The position numbers were made by a program, and so were the translations under genes. Below, in pieces: positions 61,120 to 64,000 of a stretch of DNA of 64,000 bases; within the stretch, counting starts at the first letter, position 1, and each line of letters starts with the position of its first letter. Below the pieces are notes generated by a model. The model was not told the DNA's origin, did not search any database, and saw only the letters and a program-made list of their open reading frames with translations. The stretch covers positions 1 through 64,000 of the forward strand of contig JAZUKI010000003.1 in NCBI GenBank assembly GCA_045643205.1, read 5' to 3'. The stretch is from Clostridia bacterium (lineage in GTDB: Bacteria; Bacillota; Clostridia; TANB77; CAG-508).

Positions 61120-61183
61120 ATATTTTACTAATTAAATAATATATTTATTATTTATTATTTATTATTTGTTTTTTATTATTTGT

Positions 61184-62017
61184 TTATTGTTTTTCAATAA
61201 ATTGTTGATAGATAGTATTCTTATTAACTCCTCTATCTTTTGCTATTTTTTTAATAATCTCTTTTTTGTCAAAACCTTGATTTTCGTAGTGTTTGTAATG
61301 TTCTTCCAATGACAAATTTAAAAGTTCATTTTCTTCTTCAACTTTGTTTCCTTCAATTAAAATTACATATTCACCTTTTGGAGTTCCAATTTTTTCGATA
61401 ACTTCTGTTGGTTTTCCTCTATAAAAAGATTCGTGAATTTTAGTTAATTCATGTGCAACTACTACATTTCTATCAGTTAAGTTTTTATCTATTTCTTTTA
61501 GTGTATCAATTATTCTGTGTGGTGCTTCATAAAGAATTGCAGTCTTCTTTTCTTTGACTAATTCGTCTGTTTTTTCTTTTCTGTTTTTATTGTTTAGTGG
61601 TAAAAATCCATAGAATGCAAATTGTGTTGTATCTAATCCTGATGCTATTAATGCATTTACCATAGCACATGCTCCTGGAATTGGAATAATACTTATTCCA
61701 TTTTCTATTGCTTGTTTTACTGCTACTTCTCCTGGATCAGAAATTCCTGGAGTTCCTGCATCTGTAACTATTGCTATATTTTTACCTTCTAATAATTTAT
61801 TTATTATTATATCAGTTTTTACATCTTCATTATGTCTGTGATAACTAAATATTGGTTTGTTAATTTCAAAATGATTTAATAATTTTAGTGTTTGTCTTGT
61901 ATCTTCAGCTGCAATTTCATCTACGTTTTTTAATGTATCTACTGCTCTAAAAGTCATATCATTTAAATTTCCAATTGGTGTCGCAACTAAGTATAAAATT
62001 CCTTTTTCCATATCCAC
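61184..62017 (-). CDS. rsmI: 16S rRNA (cytidine1402-2'-O)-methyltransferase
   Basis: LYLVATPIGNL, AEDTR, DAGTPGISDPG, YEAPHR, ELTKIHE. Confidence 0.96.
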   Translation of the reverse strand: MDMEKGILYLVATPIGNLNDMTFRAVDTLKNVDEIAAEDTRQTLKLLNHFEINKPIFSYHRHNEDVKTDIIINKLLEGKNIAIVTDAGTPGISDPGEVAVKQAIENGISIIPIPGACAMVNALIASGLDTTQFAFYGFLPLNNKNRKEKTDELVKEKKTAILYEAPHRIIDTLKEIDKNLTDRNVVVAHELTKIHESFYRGKPTEVIEKIGTPKGEYVILIEGNKVEEENELLNLSLEEHYKHYENQGFDKKEIIKKIAKDRGVNKNTIYQQFIEKQ

Positions 62018-62071
62018 AATTTTCTCACAATTTGTGTATTATGAGTTTTCCTTTCATTTATTGTATATGCT

Positions 62072-62788
62072 TCATTTATTATATATAGTTTTTATTTCAT
62101 CAGTATAACTTCCATCTTCATTATAAATGATGAGAGGTTTCTCAACGGTGACAAAGGTTCCGCCGTTTTTTACTGCTTTAATTAATACTAAATTAGATTG
62201 CTCACTTAACTTTGAATGAACAAATCTCAATCTTTTTATTGCTAGTTTGTTTTTTTCTAGTTCTTTTATTAATTCACCTAGTCGATCTGTTCTATAAACC
62301 ATATAAAATAATCCTTTAGAATTAATTAAATTTGCTGAAATTTTAATCCATTCTGCCAAATTAACAGATGTCTCAAACCTTGATATTTGTTGCTTTTCAT
62401 TTATTGCATTAATACCTGTTCCTTGCTTTTTATATGGAGGATTTGTAACAACTACATCAAAACTATTCCTATCATATTCATTAAAAACATTTTGTATATC
62501 TATATTTTTAATTTCTGCATTCTCTAGTTTGTTAAGTTCTATGCTTCTTTTTGCCAAATTGGCAACTTCTTCTTGTTTTTCAAAACCTATTATCTTCTTT
62601 GGTTTTACTTTTTTTGAAAGAAGTATTGTTAAAACTCCTGTACCTGTTCCTAAATCTGCAATTAAAGAATTGTTCTTTATATCTCTTGCAAAATCTGTTA
62701 ATAAAACACTATCTATTCCAAATCTAAAACCATCTGTGTCTTGAATAATTTTTAAATTTTCATATTGTAAATCATCTATTCTTTCCAT
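62072..62788 (-). CDS. tRNA1(Val) adenine(37)-N6-methyltransferase (YabB/TrmN6 family)
   Basis: ERIDDL, FGIDSVLL, DLGTGTG, NPPY, RFE; usual position upstream of rsmI; start reset to ATG 62788. Confidence 0.87.
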   Translation of the reverse strand: MERIDDLQYENLKIIQDTDGFRFGIDSVLLTDFARDIKNNSLIADLGTGTGVLTILLSKKVKPKKIIGFEKQEEVANLAKRSIELNKLENAEIKNIDIQNVFNEYDRNSFDVVVTNPPYKKQGTGINAINEKQQISRFETSVNLAEWIKISANLINSKGLFYMVYRTDRLGELIKELEKNKLAIKRLRFVHSKLSEQSNLVLIKAVKNGGTFVTVEKPLIIYNEDGSYTDEIKTIYNK

Positions 62789-62794
62789 ACGCTT

Positions 62795-62823
62795 ATTATA
62801 TATTACTTTCCTTTTTCTTTCAA
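62795..62823 (-). promoter_or_regulatory. sigma-A promoter 6 nt above the methyltransferase ATG
   Basis: TTGAAA-17 bp-TATAAT-AAGCGT-ATG. Confidence 0.7.
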
Positions 62824-62824
62824 T

Positions 62825-62853
62825 AAAAAACAAGGGGCGCTACATGCACCCCC
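62825..62853 (-). terminator. intrinsic terminator after the 212-aa ORF
   Basis: GGGGTGC-ATGTA-GCGCCCC-TTGTTTTTT on the - strand. Confidence 0.75.
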
Positions 62854-62876
62854 ATCTATCATGAACAAAAATACAA

Positions 62877-63515
62877 TTAAATTTTTCTACTATATTTGTT
62901 CATGATAAAAACTTCATACTTCGCTTTTTCTTCAGCTGTTTTTGGTAAAGCCAGTCCATACTCCTCGACTTCAAGGAACAAACCAAATTGGAATAAAAGA
63001 ATCGTTAAAATTCTTCCTTTGTTTCCTAGTTTTAGAATGTTACCTTTTAAGTCAGTTTTGCAAAAGCAGGAAAAAGATTTATCGGGATGCTTTAAGTAAT
63101 AGCAAATCTCGTTTTTTTCTCTTGATTTTGTAAAACTATACTTTGTAGGTTCCGGGATGCACTTCTGAAGCATTGCATTTGTTTCAGGATCTAAATAGAT
63201 AATCTCTAATAAATCCTGAATTTTCAAGTATTCTTCAGATTGTAGATTTTTAAAATCTATTCTTCCGCAACTCTTATGTAGAGAAATGGTAATCTCTTTT
63301 AACTCCCTATTGGAGTCCCAAAATTTAATGGTTTTGCTTTCATCACCTCTCCCCATTTTCTCTACTCTGTAATCGTACATTTTTTCAAAATCAATAAATT
63401 TCATTTCCTGTATGATTTCAGATGTTGATAATTCTAGCCCCATGAGGCTAATGGCTTTGCCTATTTGATTATAAGCTCTTACAATGGTTTCTGGGTTCAC
63501 TATTCTCATATGCAT
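62877..63515 (-). CDS. hypothetical protein
   Basis: 212-aa ORF with AAGGAGG RBS and its own terminator; no recognised motif. Confidence 0.65.
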   Translation of the reverse strand: MHMRIVNPETIVRAYNQIGKAISLMGLELSTSEIIQEMKFIDFEKMYDYRVEKMGRGDESKTIKFWDSNRELKEITISLHKSCGRIDFKNLQSEEYLKIQDLLEIIYLDPETNAMLQKCIPEPTKYSFTKSREKNEICYYLKHPDKSFSCFCKTDLKGNILKLGNKGRILTILLFQFGLFLEVEEYGLALPKTAEEKAKYEVFIMNKYSRKI

Positions 63516-63664
63516 TCCTCCTTGCTGCGTAACCCTAAAATAAAAAAAGTTTGAAGTTCTTGCGAAAAAAATAACGCGTTTGAATTATATCATAGTTAAC
63601 ATAATTTTTCAATAAAAACCTCTATTTTTCCTACTACTATCGTTTTTTCAACCCGTTGTAAAAA

Positions 63665-63693
63665 TTGACTTTTGAGGCTCTTTTTTATATAAT
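63665..63693 (+). promoter_or_regulatory. sigma-A promoter
   Basis: TTGACT-17 bp-TATAAT. Confidence 0.7.
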
Positions 63694-63738
63694 ATGCAAG
63701 AAATTTAAGCGTTTTAATACGCAAACATAGGAGGCATC

Positions 63739-64000
63739 ATGTCAAAATTACTTCATGTAGGTTTAGATGTTGGTTCTACAACAGTAAAAATTGTTGTTAT
63801 GGATGACAAACTAAACACTATATACTCTAGTTACGAAAGACATTATTCTGATACAAAAAATACTGTATGCAAGGTTTTAACTGACTTTGCTGAAAAATAT
63901 AAAGACTATGAATATACTATAGCCTTAACTGGTTCTGGAGCTATGTCTGCTGCCAGATTTTTAGATTTACCTTTTATCCAAGAGGTAGTTGCTTGTAAAA
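63739..64000 (+). CDS. 2-hydroxyacyl-CoA dehydratase activator (BadF/BadG/BcrA/BcrD ATPase), partial
   Basis: MSKLLHVGLDVGSTTVKIVV...YERHYSD...LTGSG...FIQEVVA; AGGAGG RBS. Confidence 0.85.
   Translation, partial: MSKLLHVGLDVGSTTVKIVVMDDKLNTIYSSYERHYSDTKNTVCKVLTDFAEKYKDYEYTIALTGSGAMSAARFLDLPFIQEVVACK

Noticed and set aside
1060-63133. Numerous short + strand ORFs antisense to long genes (e.g. 9549..10160, 30059..30541, 36003..36602)
   Set aside because: Shadows of the real - strand genes: Ser/Phe/Leu/Ile-rich, with no RBS or motifs
1-64000. CRISPR array, IS element, prophage, rRNA, replication origin
   Set aside because: No spaced repeats, transposase, phage genes, rRNA-like sequence or DnaA-box cluster were seen

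Overview
AT-rich chromosomal window from a low-GC Firmicute of the class Clostridia. Gene order and content suggest an uncultured, possibly genome-reduced gut lineage; this is inference. Most genes lie on the - strand. Bases 1-24.2 kb hold an array of four giant, wall-anchored surface proteins in a duplicated two-gene pattern (B-A-B-A), followed by the start of a fifth exported protein. Both A-type proteins carry motifs of thioester (TED, covalent-adhesin) domains with very large variable insertions. The rest is mostly housekeeping: DUF4321-radC-mreBCD-pbp2-minC, mecA, pcrA, prfA, a YhaO/YhaN-like nuclease pair, a J-domain chaperone, yqeK, ddl, a membrane-anchored murF, ugtP, recR-ebfC-dnaX, SRP RNA, tRNA-Ser(CGA), tadA, tRNA-Arg(CCT), ttcA, pgm, a UAP1-type pyrophosphorylase, murA, yycJ, rlmH, rsmI and a yabB/trmN6-like gene. 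Unexpected items: a stand-alone three-gene operon ending in a VirD4 coupling ATPase; an MreB with the catalytic Glu replaced by Ala; minC without minD/E; an SRP RNA lacking the Alu domain; a promoter-driven structured non-coding region after rlmH; a long structured leader on the UDP-GlcNAc pyrophosphorylase; hairpin-split ribosome-binding sites; and two apparently leaderless tRNA-modification genes. All calls come from reading motifs by eye; no searches were run.
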